Source of the DNA: a virus
Direction: 5' to 3' (one strand)
Length of the DNA stretch: 64,000 nucleotides
IMG/VR virus record: IMGVR_UViG_3300027746_000020
Coordinates: 7,704 to 71,703 of that record
Below, in pieces: positions 44,577 to 54,081 of this stretch. The position numbers and the translations under genes were made by a program. Each line of letters begins with the position of its first letter. Within the stretch, counting starts at the first letter, position 1. The notes under the pieces are model-generated. The model saw only the letters and a program-made list of their open reading frames with translations, was not told where the DNA came from and did not search any database.

Positions 44577-44909
44577 TCAGGGATCTTTGGGTGGGGGATT
44601 GGGCCGTATTCCACGGGGGACAATAGTAGGTTTTGGTTGGTAACCTCTTAATCGATTTCCGTTACCTCTTTGCCGGGAACCTTCTGTGAAAGAAGGGATA
44701 ACTGTGAAAGAAGGAGTGGTGGAGGCTGTTGTCTCTTGCTGTTTCTCCAACGCAATAGCTGCGCGGGCGTAGGCGACGATGGCCGCGCCTGCGTCTATGC
44801 CTTTAGGTTGGATAGACGTTGTCATTGAATAATCTCTCCAGGAATTACCTCGATGCGAGAAGAAGTCGAATGACAGTTGGAGCAGTTGGTCATCGGTGAG
44901 TGCCATCAA
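44577..44909 (-). CDS. hypothetical protein
   Basis: LTDDQL...YARAAIA module; operonic. Confidence 0.55.
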   Translation of the reverse strand: MMALTDDQLLQLSFDFFSHRGNSWRDYSMTTSIQPKGIDAGAAIVAYARAAIALEKQQETTASTTPSFTVIPSFTEGSRQRGNGNRLRGYQPKPTIVPRGIRPNPPPKDP

Positions 44910-45097
44910 TCCTCATCCTCTTCTGGGAGATAGCTCACAGCGGCGGAGCCTAGACGAGTACGCCCAGAAGCTGTTTGCTGGGCTCGGTGGACAGCTGCTG
45001 AGGTTTCTCCGAGGGCGGACATAAGTGGGCTGGCGACGGGAGCCAGCTCCTGGAAGAAAGCTGCGGCAGCAGCGAAGAACGGAAGAGGGGTCGTCAT
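44906..45097 (-). CDS. hypothetical protein
   Basis: ATGA overlaps on both sides. Confidence 0.45.
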   Translation of the reverse strand: MTTPLPFFAAAAAFFQELAPVASPLMSALGETSAAVHRAQQTASGRTRLGSAAVSYLPEEDED

Positions 45098-45501
45098 GGG
45101 GCGGAAGTAGGAGGGGTCGAGTCGCATTGTTGAACGGCGGACGGATGGAGAATGCTGCTGTCAAGCAGCGACATCCGGTAGCGGTTGACCGCTGCGTGGA
45201 GGATGTAGGCAGGGGGGACTTCAAGTTGGTCGGCCAAAGCCTTGATGAAGTCGAAATTCTCCGGGGTTAGGGAAGTGTTGAAGCGCTTCGTGAGGGTTGT
45301 CCCCATGTAGCGGTAGCGCTCGACGGTCTCGGGGGAGATTTCGCCGCGCTGAGCTGCAACCTGGAGTCGCTTGTGGACGGTCTGCCGGGAGACGTTGAGC
45401 CTCCGAGCGACTTCTGCGTAGTTACAGATGCCGATCTCATTCAGGAGCTTTTCGCTCTCAGCAATGATCTGCTCTACTGAGACTTTTGAGACGTATGCCA
45501 T
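45094..45501 (-). CDS. HTH DNA-binding protein with possible C-terminal RHH
   Basis: YAEVARRLNVSRQTVHKRL HTH. Confidence 0.75.
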   Translation of the reverse strand: MAYVSKVSVEQIIAESEKLLNEIGICNYAEVARRLNVSRQTVHKRLQVAAQRGEISPETVERYRYMGTTLTKRFNTSLTPENFDFIKALADQLEVPPAYILHAAVNRYRMSLLDSSILHPSAVQQCDSTPPTSAP

Positions 45502-45526
45502 TAAACCTCCATGGGGAGGCTACAGC

Positions 45527-45727
45527 CTACTTCTGCCCTACGTCTCCGTGAAGTGAGGGTATGTGAAAGTCCCCCACAGGGAAGAAACGGGTCGGCAATT
45601 CCTTCTGCCGCAAGTTCTCGTTCGCTCTTGTAATCTCTTCTGTCGACGCAGTCGTCGTGTAGAGGGACGCTCCTGTCTCTATGTGACGAAGTTCGTATGC
45701 GGAGAAGCCCTCCTTCATCGTAGACAT
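45527..45727 (-). CDS. hypothetical protein
   Basis: 66 aa ORF with phage-like composition. Confidence 0.5.
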   Translation of the reverse strand: MSTMKEGFSAYELRHIETGASLYTTTASTEEITRANENLRQKELPTRFFPVGDFHIPSLHGDVGQK

Positions 45728-46032
45728 GCGGCAGCCAGCCCTTTAGGGGGGCTTTATGAGATGTTGGACAAAACTCCGTCGCAGCAGGCGCAATGCCGGG
45801 GCGGCTGGTCAGGCCCACACAGTCTGGCGCGGAGGGTGAGGGTGGGGATACGGGACACATGAGACTCATTGAGATATTCCATTGATGGAGATGATCCGAA
45901 CGGTCAGGGCGGCGGTGGTGCTGGTCATGAAGAGCATGAGGAAGGTCGGCCGATGAAGGAGGTAGCCGATTCCGTAACCAGTGAAGCTGGCGCAGGCGGC
46001 GACAGCCTGCAGCTGTGCATCGGGTGTCATGA

Positions 46033-46314
46033 TCATTGGGAGTAATCTCCGGGGTAAATCAGGGTGTCGTCGGGGAGAACACGGACCTGGGCTTCTACCA
46101 TTGCCAACTTCCCCTTTTGGATCTCAACCCACGCTTCCAACGAGGTGCAGGCGGCTTGTAGGAGGCGGTTCTGCAGCCCGGTGGGCTGGTGGCGGGCCTG
46201 ATCGAGGCCGATGGTTGTGAGTTCCAGGATTAGGTCAGTGAACTGGACAATGGAGGAGTTCAGCCGTTCAGCGTTGGATGCAGGGGTGACAACTATGGGG
46301 TGCTTCGGAGTCAT
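46033..46314 (-). CDS. hypothetical protein
   Basis: Start MTPKHP abutting the Tad2-like stop. Confidence 0.55.
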   Translation of the reverse strand: MTPKHPIVVTPASNAERLNSSIVQFTDLILELTTIGLDQARHQPTGLQNRLLQAACTSLEAWVEIQKGKLAMVEAQVRVLPDDTLIYPGDYSQ

Positions 46315-46592
46315 CAGGCATCCTCGTTGAAAAGGCACCAGTCATTAGCGAGGAGATCGTCGAAAAGGCACCAGTCATTAGCGAGGAGATCACTTTGACT
46401 GGCTAGCCAGGGGACACGGTCGCCTTGAACGGTTGTAATGAAGATGTACGGAAGCGTCATCTTGGAGTGTTGATCGGGAAGCTGGAGTTGAATCCATTGG
46501 TTCGCCCCGTTCCACCCTTTGCGGGTTAAGCGGTGGCCGTCGTGAAGCTCTTTTAGGGCTTCACTAAAGGAGAATAGAGACTGTGTACTCAT
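46314..46592 (-). CDS. DUF2829 / Tad2-like anti-defence nucleotide-sponge protein
   Basis: F.F.EAL..L..G.R..R.GWNG.. and PYI......G..VPWLASQ.DLLA.DW signature. Confidence 0.85.
   Translation of the reverse strand: MSTQSLFSFSEALKELHDGHRLTRKGWNGANQWIQLQLPDQHSKMTLPYIFITTVQGDRVPWLASQSDLLANDWCLFDDLLANDWCLFNEDA
46329..46391. repeat. 33-bp-period tandem duplication within the Tad2-like 3' end
   Basis: GAAAAGGCACCAGTCATTAGCGAGGAGATC at 46329 and 46362. Confidence 0.95.
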
Positions 46593-47575
46593 GACTCCAC
46601 CTTGCTCCAGTCGATGACAATCGCCGGGTGTACTTCACCCAGGACGAGAGTCAGGGCGAAGCCCTTTGGGGTGCTATCGAGAACTGCCTCCTGAATGATC
46701 CCCACCAGGGCGTTGCGCTTGGCGCGGGTGGCGGGGAGCTGCTCCGCGTCGGATACGGGCTCGGGGGCAGATCGGCGAGTCTCAGTCTGAGTCTCATGAG
46801 ACTTCGCCTTGGCCTCCGCCTCTGCGGCCTTGCGCTCGGCAGCTTCGGCCTTCTTCCGCTCCGCTTCGATGGCGGCCTCCGCCTCCTTGGCCTCTTTGGC
46901 TCGGAGCCGCTCCGCCTTGGCCTCCGCATCGGCTGTGGCTTTCGCGGCGGCGGTCTCAGCGATCTCCGCTTCGCGGCGAAGACGGGCGGCTTCCGCCTCC
47001 TCCTCCCGCTTCTTCTGCCTTGCGGCCTCCGCCTCTTCGTGGTCGATGGCGGCTTGCAGGGCCTCCTCCAGTGCGGCGCGTGTGATCTGGATCTCCGCGT
47101 CAGCCTTCGGGGTGAACTCCTCAAAGGTCGTCGGGTCGATCTCTGTGAGGGCGTCGAGGAGCTTCATGATCCGGGCGGAATCCCCGTGGGGGCCCCGGCG
47201 CATCTCGCTGATGGTGTCGATACCAGCTTCGTGATCAGCGATTCGCTCTTTTTCGGCCTCTTCGATGCCTTTGATGATCCGCTCATGCGGTTCGATCAGG
47301 GCGGTTACTCGCTCTGTCAGCTCCTTGGCGAAGCCGTTGACGTTGCGGATGTAGGACTGAGCTTCGTCGTTCTGCGCTTTGCGCGTACGGTCGATGGAGG
47401 TTCGGACCTGGCGGAGCCCGTAGATGTAGCTCCGGGCGGCCTTGTTAATCGCCGGGTTGCTGTAGTCACCGAAGGTTGTGACGGCTTTGGACTCTGCGAT
47501 TTCGACTTCGGAGGTGATCCGGTCGAATGGGGTGAGGACCGTGGTGTCAAGGACTGGGCTTTTGGTGAGAGTCAT
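46589..47575 (-). CDS. long coiled-coil protein (Ala/Glu/Lys-rich)
   Basis: AR.....LR.VRT.IDR.RK...A......V...AKEL...V..LI.P pattern plus EAEAAR repeats. Confidence 0.75.
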   Translation of the reverse strand: MTLTKSPVLDTTVLTPFDRITSEVEIAESKAVTTFGDYSNPAINKAARSYIYGLRQVRTSIDRTRKAQNDEAQSYIRNVNGFAKELTERVTALIEPHERIIKGIEEAEKERIADHEAGIDTISEMRRGPHGDSARIMKLLDALTEIDPTTFEEFTPKADAEIQITRAALEEALQAAIDHEEAEAARQKKREEEAEAARLRREAEIAETAAAKATADAEAKAERLRAKEAKEAEAAIEAERKKAEAAERKAAEAEAKAKSHETQTETRRSAPEPVSDAEQLPATRAKRNALVGIIQEAVLDSTPKGFALTLVLGEVHPAIVIDWSKVES

Positions 47576-47898
47576 CGGGGGAGTGCAGCGGGCTCGGGGG
47601 TAGGGGTTTTTGCCAGGGTCTGGAAATGGCCTGCTCGCCTGTGCATGTCAGCGGTGAGCATGTTCAACTGGAGAGCGGCCTTTTGTAGCCGAAGTTTGTC
47701 CTCTTCGGTTAGAAGTTGACCTTGCTCCATGCGGTATTCACTGTGTAGAAGGTCATTCCTGATGCGGCGGAAATGTTCTGCAGCGTTTTGATAGCGGATC
47801 GCTTCTGCGTAATCCGCACCGTGAGGATGTTGCGAAGCCGGGGTTTGCGGTTCCTCCGATGTTGTGGTTAAATGTTCTTGTCGCTGGTGAGGCTGCAT
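47572..47898 (-). CDS. hypothetical protein
   Basis: Operonic ORF preceded by partial leader motif. Confidence 0.55.
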   Translation of the reverse strand: MQPHQRQEHLTTTSEEPQTPASQHPHGADYAEAIRYQNAAEHFRRIRNDLLHSEYRMEQGQLLTEEDKLRLQKAALQLNMLTADMHRRAGHFQTLAKTPTPEPAALPR

Positions 47899-48185
47899 GG
47901 CTGATCCGGTAGATGGACAGTGGAGGGCTCCTGTGGTAGGGGGCCTTCTTTTCCTATGACGAACATCGCTAGTTGTAGTTCAACGTAGCAATCGTCGTTA
48001 CCTCTTAACTCATGAAGCGTGGCGTCTCGGCGATAGATCCAGTTTCGGCACAAGGGGTCTTCGACTACTCGCACTAGGTCACCTACCTTTAGAGTCTCAT
48101 GACCATGAGTTCTTATTACGATGAACCATGATGGACTTGGCGCTACAAATCCTGCGTTTGTCTCTGCTTGATGTTTAATGGCCAT
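47868..48185 (-). CDS. hypothetical protein
   Basis: Start MAIKHQ. Confidence 0.5.
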   Translation of the reverse strand: MAIKHQAETNAGFVAPSPSWFIVIRTHGHETLKVGDLVRVVEDPLCRNWIYRRDATLHELRGNDDCYVELQLAMFVIGKEGPLPQEPSTVHLPDQPCSLTSDKNI

Positions 48186-48429
48186 GGGATCCTCTACTAA
48201 GAAGGTGACGACCCCACGCGATTCCCAGTGCTGTTGCAGTTGGGTGCGGGGGGCGCCCATATTCGCGCTGGAACCAGGCTGCGTATTCAGCCTCTAGATC
48301 TCGATCTGAGATGTCAGCGTCAGCGGCACGGGCGGCGGCGATAGCGCGTTCTGCGATCCACTGACCTTGCAGTTGGGGGTCAACAGAGCGAGCAGATTCG
48401 ACGATGTTGATGATGGTGAGATCGGTCAT
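48175..48429 (-). CDS. hypothetical protein
   Basis: Operonic overlap. Confidence 0.6.
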   Translation of the reverse strand: MTDLTIINIVESARSVDPQLQGQWIAERAIAAARAADADISDRDLEAEYAAWFQREYGRPPHPTATALGIAWGRHLLSRGSHGH

Positions 48430-48785
48430 GAGGCGGATACCTCGATGCCCTGTGTGAATTCCTCCGCTTCAGCACGGGCGTCGATCTTCTGGTAGGCGAG
48501 TTTGAGTAGCTCGTCGACAGAGAGATCGTTCGCGTTGAGGAAGAGGTTATCAAGAGCGGATGCTGGGCCTACCTTGACGGGGCCTCTTGAGATCAGATGG
48601 AGGTTGACGACACGCGCAGGGTAATCCTGACATTCCATGTGGATTACGTCGAAGCCACTGAAGATGAATGAAGAATGGTTCCATCGCATTGCGAGGGTCT
48701 TCCCATCAGAGACAAGGTTTATTCCGTGATGATTGTTGCGGTCCATCGCAAACCCTCCATATTCGGTGTTGTAGGAGATTGGCAT
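48426..48785 (-). CDS. hypothetical protein
   Basis: Operonic overlap. Confidence 0.6.
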   Translation of the reverse strand: MPISYNTEYGGFAMDRNNHHGINLVSDGKTLAMRWNHSSFIFSGFDVIHMECQDYPARVVNLHLISRGPVKVGPASALDNLFLNANDLSVDELLKLAYQKIDARAEAEEFTQGIEVSAS

Positions 48786-48788
48786 AGC

Positions 48789-49151
48789 TTAATAGGGGAT
48801 TTTGCGGCCAAATTCGTCGCGTTTGTAGTACGCAGTCGACGCAATCTCCTCGGGAGTCTTCTTTAGAAGCTTGGCAAGTTCCGTCTCAGCACGGGCCAGG
48901 GTTGTGCGCATCTGCTCAACTTCGCGGATGCGAGCCTTGATCACCTCTTTGGCTTCATCGCGGACGATAGTCCGTGTCTCTGCGAGGGCCTCTTCGTAGA
49001 TCGCGAAGGTGCTATCAGGGGAGATGATTTCGGAGGAGGTAATTGGAGTGTTGTCGTGCTCGGGGGGAGCACCTTCTTCAGGGCGGGGCATGGCTTGAAC
49101 GCGAGTGCAGTAGAGGAGGTAGCCGAAGTTCGTTGAAGTGGGCATGGACAC
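48789..49151 (-). CDS. hypothetical coiled-coil protein
   Basis: Helical C-terminal half. Confidence 0.55.
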   Translation of the reverse strand: MSMPTSTNFGYLLYCTRVQAMPRPEEGAPPEHDNTPITSSEIISPDSTFAIYEEALAETRTIVRDEAKEVIKARIREVEQMRTTLARAETELAKLLKKTPEEIASTAYYKRDEFGRKIPY

Positions 49152-49169
49152 CGTGTAGGGGGTGCGGTG

Positions 49170-49194
49170 GGGAGGAGGTGAATCACCTCCTCCC
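49170..49194. other. perfect 11-bp hairpin after DUF932 gene (terminator or processing site)
   Basis: GGGAGGAGGTG-AAT-CACCTCCTCCC; no clear U tract. Confidence 0.6.
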
Positions 49195-49205
49195 GCCCGT
49201 TTGGA

Positions 49206-50381
49206 TCAGGCGATGGTCAGGAGGCAAGCCTCGCGGGCTGCCTCGATCCGGTCAGAGCCGGTGCCACCCCAGAGGGCTTCCAGCCGGGTGCGGGCCGCCT
49301 TGATGGGGTCTTTGGTACGACCTGCATCGTGCGTCTCAAACTGGGTGATCGCTTGGAGCAAGCCATAGACCGTGCCGGGGATGATGTCGATCCCGGTGTT
49401 GCCGGAGTAGTGGCTGCGGATCGTTCCGATCTGAGTCTCCAGGTCTTCGAGGGTGCGCTCTCGAAGAGCACCTGACTCCTTGTCCTTGATGGGGGACCCC
49501 AGCTCTTTGGCGTAGGTATTGCGGAGGATGAAGTCCGCAGCTTCCTTTGTGAGCTTCGTTGTGGTCAGAGGCCGCAAGGCAGCAATGTCCTGCTGGAAGG
49601 TCTGGTTCTGGATGTCGATCAGGGAGGGGAGGTTCTTCATCCACTCGGTGATTCCGGCGGAGTGGCGAAGCTTGAGGCCCTGGCCTGCGGCTTTCGCCTT
49701 GGCTGCGCCCTTGCCGCTGATGTAGCGAACTTGGTTCGCACAGCGGAGCATCATGTCGGAGAAGAAGATGGAGAAGGCAGTGGTTCCGTCGAAGGAGTTG
49801 CAGGCGTGGAGGAAGCGACGGACTGAGTGACCTTCGGCAACGTCTGCGACGATGTCGATGTAGGCGGAGACGACGACCTTGCGGCCATGGTCGAGGACCA
49901 GGATGTTGTCGATGGTCGCGTCTTCGCGGAGGTAGTCGAAGAGGTTGATGAGGCCCTCCATCTGAGCCGGGGTGTAACCCCGTCCGACATCACCCAGGAA
50001 CTGCATCGTGTCCGTGCGGACGATCGCCTTGCGCTCGGTGATGGGATTCCAGAAGGGTGCCACATGGGGGCCGCAGTCTTCGGGGACAGCGTTGAACGCC
50101 AGGGGGCGAGAGACGACCGTGAAGTCCGCGCCAGCGGCGGCGAATGCCTGGCGGGGGGTGGCGTCAGCCGGGTTGATGTAGCCGCCTGCGGCAACAGCCT
50201 GCGGGGCGCGGCCCAGGAGGAGCTGCTCATTCCGGGCGTAGGCCGTGGTGGCCTTGCCCATCAGGGCGCCGGAGACGGAGAGGGCTTCGGAGCTATCGCT
50301 CCGGGTGGGCTGGGTGTGGGAGGGATCCGAGGCGGGGGCCAGGTTGGCGTACTCGGGGGTGAAGGCGGGGGTGGTCTGCAT
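49206..50381 (-). CDS. DUF932/DUF945-like protein
   Basis: AIVRTDT...LG.VG..YTP.Q, L..GRKV, NSFDG, R.CANQ, RHS, GT.YGLLQAITQF.TH. Confidence 0.85.
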   Translation of the reverse strand: MQTTPAFTPEYANLAPASDPSHTQPTRSDSSEALSVSGALMGKATTAYARNEQLLLGRAPQAVAAGGYINPADATPRQAFAAAGADFTVVSRPLAFNAVPEDCGPHVAPFWNPITERKAIVRTDTMQFLGDVGRGYTPAQMEGLINLFDYLREDATIDNILVLDHGRKVVVSAYIDIVADVAEGHSVRRFLHACNSFDGTTAFSIFFSDMMLRCANQVRYISGKGAAKAKAAGQGLKLRHSAGITEWMKNLPSLIDIQNQTFQQDIAALRPLTTTKLTKEAADFILRNTYAKELGSPIKDKESGALRERTLEDLETQIGTIRSHYSGNTGIDIIPGTVYGLLQAITQFETHDAGRTKDPIKAARTRLEALWGGTGSDRIEAAREACLLTIA

Positions 50382-50448
50382 GGCGGAAGGGGCGGCCCGT
50401 GGGCCAGGGGTGGTGGTAGATGGACAGCCGCGAGTGCGGAGTAGAGTC

Positions 50449-50477
50449 AACCTATCAAGAAGGGGAGAGGTTGTCAA
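50449..50477 (-). promoter_or_regulatory. sigma70-type promoter
   Basis: Minus strand TTGACA-17 bp-TAGGTT upstream of DUF932 gene. Confidence 0.8.
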
Positions 50478-50566
50478 CCGATTCAGGAAAGGTTTGTGTG
50501 AGTGCGCTGAGAAAGGAGGCGCAGCCTGGGCTTACGTCAGGAAGGTTGACTGCCAGGTGGTGAGGG

Positions 50567-50899
50567 TCAGCCCTTGTCGATCTCGACAAAGGCGACCCAG
50601 TTTGGGTCGGTCGGGTCGTAAGCGTCCTCCAGGACTGGGCGGAGATCTGCGCGGGAGACGCGGATGACGCCACCATCGGCACCCCATTCGTGGAAGTGGC
50701 CGCCGATGTGGGTGCGGATGAGAATGTCGTCGACGGTCGGGATGACGATCTCGGGGCCGAAGCTCTCAACGATGAAGGCTTCACGGTCTACAAGATTCAT
50801 CGTGTGAAAGTCTTCGTCAGACACGGCTCGTTGCGGATCGACGTACTCACGCCAGAGGTTGAGGTCTGCAGCTTGTTGGGCGTAGGTAGGTTTGTTCAT
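50567..50899 (-). CDS. hypothetical protein
   Basis: D.NLWREYVDP motif; ATGA overlap. Confidence 0.65.
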   Translation of the reverse strand: MNKPTYAQQAADLNLWREYVDPQRAVSDEDFHTMNLVDREAFIVESFGPEIVIPTVDDILIRTHIGGHFHEWGADGGVIRVSRADLRPVLEDAYDPTDPNWVAFVEIDKG

Positions 50900-51108
50900 G
50901 ACGCAGCAGAAGCGGATTCGCGGGTGAAGGTGAAGGCCCAGTCGGGGTCACCTTCGGTCTTGATCCAGGTGCAGAAGCTCCGGTCGGGGGAGGTCACGAA
51001 GATCTCCCCGTCGCGGAGCTGCTCCAGGGTGCAGATGGGGTTGCCGTGGAGGCTGTTGGCGAGGCGGTTCTTCGCCTTCGGCGAGAGGGGGGTGAGGATG
51101 ACGTTCAT
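50896..51108 (-). CDS. hypothetical phage protein
   Basis: P.S.KAKNR.AN ... W....D.DW. Confidence 0.65.
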   Translation of the reverse strand: MNVILTPLSPKAKNRLANSLHGNPICTLEQLRDGEIFVTSPDRSFCTWIKTEGDPDWAFTFTRESASAAS

Positions 51109-51413
51109 GGAGTAAAAAGCTCAGTACAGAGTTTCTGTGCTTCGACAACAGCGTTGAGATGATCACTCCGCACTGGTGTCTCATTGATTTGGACGTAAGT
51201 CCAATCGTCGTAGCCGACGCTGGCGTCTTGGAGTGCAGCCTTCATCGCGTCAGCGTTGCTAATGCCTAGGGAGCGATAACGACAGTAGTGGCTGGCGTAG
51301 AGGTTGGGAAGGACGGTGGAGGCGGTAGCCGCAGTTGGGAGGAGAAAGGGGGGCAGGAGTAGGAACAGAGGAAGGAAGCGGACCATGGGGGCGGGAATGA
51401 GAATCGTTATCAC
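51105..51413 (-). CDS. putative exported protein
   Basis: Signal-peptide-like N-terminus, two Cys. Confidence 0.55.
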   Translation of the reverse strand: MITILIPAPMVRFLPLFLLLPPFLLPTAATASTVLPNLYASHYCRYRSLGISNADAMKAALQDASVGYDDWTYVQINETPVRSDHLNAVVEAQKLCTELFTP

Positions 51414-51712
51414 CGCCTAGGTTCGGACGGCGAAGGGCTCTGGTTGAGGTGTTCAATGTGACGCTCAAGGTAGGTGTGCGCCTTATGCAGCCCTTCACGG
51501 ATCGTATCCCGCTCTGCAGTTGCTCGCTCCCAGCTCCCCGAAGGGAGCGGGTAGTAATTGCGAGCGTGGAAGTCGATGGCGTAGAAGGAGTTGATGGCCT
51601 TCTGCAGATCACGGCGGGCGTTGATGTACCCGTCGCGAAGCGACTCACGGCTGTTGCCGTTGAGGTGGATGAGGGGGAAGGTGAGGCGGGTTTCGGTGGA
51701 AAGGGCGGACAT
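51410..51712 (-). CDS. hypothetical phage protein
   Basis: P.IHLNGNS...L ... FHARNYYP motif. Confidence 0.7.
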   Translation of the reverse strand: MSALSTETRLTFPLIHLNGNSRESLRDGYINARRDLQKAINSFYAIDFHARNYYPLPSGSWERATAERDTIREGLHKAHTYLERHIEHLNQSPSPSEPRR

Positions 51713-51957
51713 CAGGTAGTGCCTTTGCAGTTTGGACAGCGGAAAGTGAGGTAGTCGCCTCGCCCATCGTCACCGGAGTAAGAACCCCAGCCGATTGGCA
51801 TGGCATTAGGTCCAGGCTTGATCTCTGCGATCTCTGCGGGGTTGTTGACTTCTACGGTGACTACGTCGCCGGAGCCAAAGCCCCCACATGTAGAGCATCG
51901 GTAGATAGCCTGCCCTTTGACGGTGATGGAGTTGATGTAAAGATGGCGCATCAGCAA
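51712..51957 (-). CDS. small Zn-ribbon protein
   Basis: CSTCG ... CPNCK. Confidence 0.6.
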   Translation of the reverse strand: MLMRHLYINSITVKGQAIYRCSTCGGFGSGDVVTVEVNNPAEIAEIKPGPNAMPIGWGSYSGDDGRGDYLTFRCPNCKGTT

Positions 51958-52316
51958 CCCTCCACATCGGTGACGTCCTCGGGGGAGGTGGCGATGGGCC
52001 GATGGCTCTGGCGGACGAATTCCGCGATGGCGTCGAAAGTGTCAGAGTCCCACTCTTTGCCATTCATTTCTTTATGAATTGCATCCATCGCATCGGAATC
52101 AGAGGTGACGTATTCCCCACAGTGGTGGGTCAACCCTAGGAACTTGTCTATCCCTAGGTTAATGTTGTTGTATGTGGTCTTTAATGAGTTGATCTCGGTT
52201 TGTAGAAAGTGGATCCGCTTGAGGATATCGGAGCCCATACCCGCGAGGTCAGCGCAGGGGTTGATGGGGTCAGGACCACAGTTGCGTTCAAGCGCTGTAA
52301 GAGTCTTGTTGTCCAT
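51951..52316 (-). CDS. hypothetical protein
   Basis: C-terminal G.EWDSDTFDAIA module shared with 56400-56702. Confidence 0.6.
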   Translation of the reverse strand: MDNKTLTALERNCGPDPINPCADLAGMGSDILKRIHFLQTEINSLKTTYNNINLGIDKFLGLTHHCGEYVTSDSDAMDAIHKEMNGKEWDSDTFDAIAEFVRQSHRPIATSPEDVTDVEGC

Positions 52317-52362
52317 TGATCAACCGGCTGTTGCCGGAGCGAGAAAGTGGAGAGGGGAGATG

Positions 52363-52695
52363 TCATCCGTTGAACCGAAGTGAAGGATGTAGACATGTGT
52401 AGAACGCCTCCGGATCTTTAAGCGCTTCTGCCTCTTCTTTGATGTAAGAGAGAAAGAAGCGCTCCGGGTTTACCTGGGCTGAGCTAGTGCATAAATGCCA
52501 GCGTAGATATAGAATCTTGTAGATCACATGATCTCGGCATTGATCTAATGTCCACCCGTCACGAATCCTACACAGTAGATCTTCATTTTGATCACTATTG
52601 ATCAGATACTCCTCAATGCTTTCTACAGCATCACTAATCTCCTGCTTAATCATTTCATCAACGACCGTGGGATTGTTTGGGGAGAGTTTGTGCAT
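52363..52695 (-). CDS. hypothetical protein
   Basis: Operonic ORF, AT-richer. Confidence 0.55.
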   Translation of the reverse strand: MHKLSPNNPTVVDEMIKQEISDAVESIEEYLINSDQNEDLLCRIRDGWTLDQCRDHVIYKILYLRWHLCTSSAQVNPERFFLSYIKEEAEALKDPEAFYTCLHPSLRFNG

Positions 52696-52854
52696 GAGAT
52701 CAATCGGCTGCTGCCGGGGCGATGTGTTCGTACTCGTAGTCTTGAACCGAAGGATGGCAATGAAGGAGGTGATCGACGAATGTCATTACACCGGCATCAT
52801 CCTGTGGTTGACGAAAGTAGACAGTGATTACAACTAAGTCGTGGTTGGACATGG

Positions 52855-54054
52855 TCATTCACCGGCTGCTGCCGGGGCGAGAGAACGGTTGCGGGCGCCT
52901 GTTGCCTGCTTCGCCACGGAGACGGAAGCCCCGGCGGCATAGCCGGCGGCGCGGCCTGCGGCGGACTGTGAGCCCTTGCGGGCAGCACCCTTACCCAGAG
53001 AAGGGTGCAGCCATGTCATGTATTCGTTGGCCGCTTCTTTCTCTTTGACGAAGGAGGATCGGAGCACCAGGCCGGGAACGTGAGTGATCCCGTTAGTGGC
53101 GGTGATACCCTCCTCCATGCGGCGTTCGTGATCGTCGCGGAGCGCTTTGGCGACACGCTGAGCCACACCTTCGCGGAAGGCTATCCAGTAGGAGCGGCCT
53201 CGGGGGACGGCGAGGACACTCCGCCCTTCACGCTGGTGCAGCTTTCTGACATCATTGTCCGCCTTCATCTCCTTCTCTACGACCCTGTCGATTGCACCTG
53301 TGAGGTACTCGATTATGTCGTAAGCCTGAGGGATCTTGATGCTCCGCCCGTAGAAGTGGATATGGGTACAGGCGTCCTGTGTGCGGCGGTAGGTGAATGT
53401 GCAGCCGTGGGTGTAAGCCACTGCTCTGAGCACCGACATAAGCCAGGTGTTCATCACCTTGGCGGTCCAGATGTGTTCCTTGACGATCTCAGGAAGGTTC
53501 TCCGCTAGGGCTCCAGCATGGGAATCTAGGCTGAGATTGTTCTTGCTGGTGAACTCTGCGTACTTGGCGGCAGCCAAGGCTGCTTCGTGTTCATTGGAGG
53601 ACGTAGTCCTCGCAAGAAGCGCAAGCGCTGTTCGTTGGGCACGGGCGGCCTCTTCCCCTTCGGGGGTCTTCGCCAGTTCGTGGTAAATGTCCACTGCCTG
53701 TCGTTGAAGAACACCATTGACATGGTTGGCAAGGAGCCGGAACTCTTTGCCGTGGGTGGGGACGTCTCCGTATTTGATGTGTTGAACGTGGTGGCACAAT
53801 TCATGCAGACCAACGTCGATGATTGCCTGGGATTGACGTTCGGGCGGGAGGCCACGGAAGAAGTCGGGATCGAGGCTGATGGTTGAGGCCGAATACCAGC
53901 CTGCCCAGCGCTGCCTGAGCTTCTTGGCAGAGGTTGAGCGTTCCCAGTGGAAGGCCCGGAGGGGCAAGGTCGTGTCTGGGAAGAGCGTGGCCAGTTGCTC
54001 GTTGAGCCAGGCGAGGACTTCGGCCTCGGGGGTAGAAGTGGAGAGGATCTTCAT
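52855..54054 (-). CDS. SprT-like zinc metallopeptidase fused to DUF2786-like domain
   Basis: LHELCHH...HGKEF (HExxH) plus LALLAR..S.NEHEA..A..K. Confidence 0.8.
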   Translation of the reverse strand: MKILSTSTPEAEVLAWLNEQLATLFPDTTLPLRAFHWERSTSAKKLRQRWAGWYSASTISLDPDFFRGLPPERQSQAIIDVGLHELCHHVQHIKYGDVPTHGKEFRLLANHVNGVLQRQAVDIYHELAKTPEGEEAARAQRTALALLARTTSSNEHEAALAAAKYAEFTSKNNLSLDSHAGALAENLPEIVKEHIWTAKVMNTWLMSVLRAVAYTHGCTFTYRRTQDACTHIHFYGRSIKIPQAYDIIEYLTGAIDRVVEKEMKADNDVRKLHQREGRSVLAVPRGRSYWIAFREGVAQRVAKALRDDHERRMEEGITATNGITHVPGLVLRSSFVKEKEAANEYMTWLHPSLGKGAARKGSQSAAGRAAGYAAGASVSVAKQATGARNRSLAPAAAGE

Positions 54055-54081
54055 GAGGACTTGTTGAGCGGTGGGTCAGTC

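Noticed and set aside
46628-47719. 363-aa plus-strand ORF
   Set aside because: Antisense shadow of the Ala/Glu/Lys coiled-coil gene caused by GC3 bias; Leu/Gly/Arg-rich, no motifs
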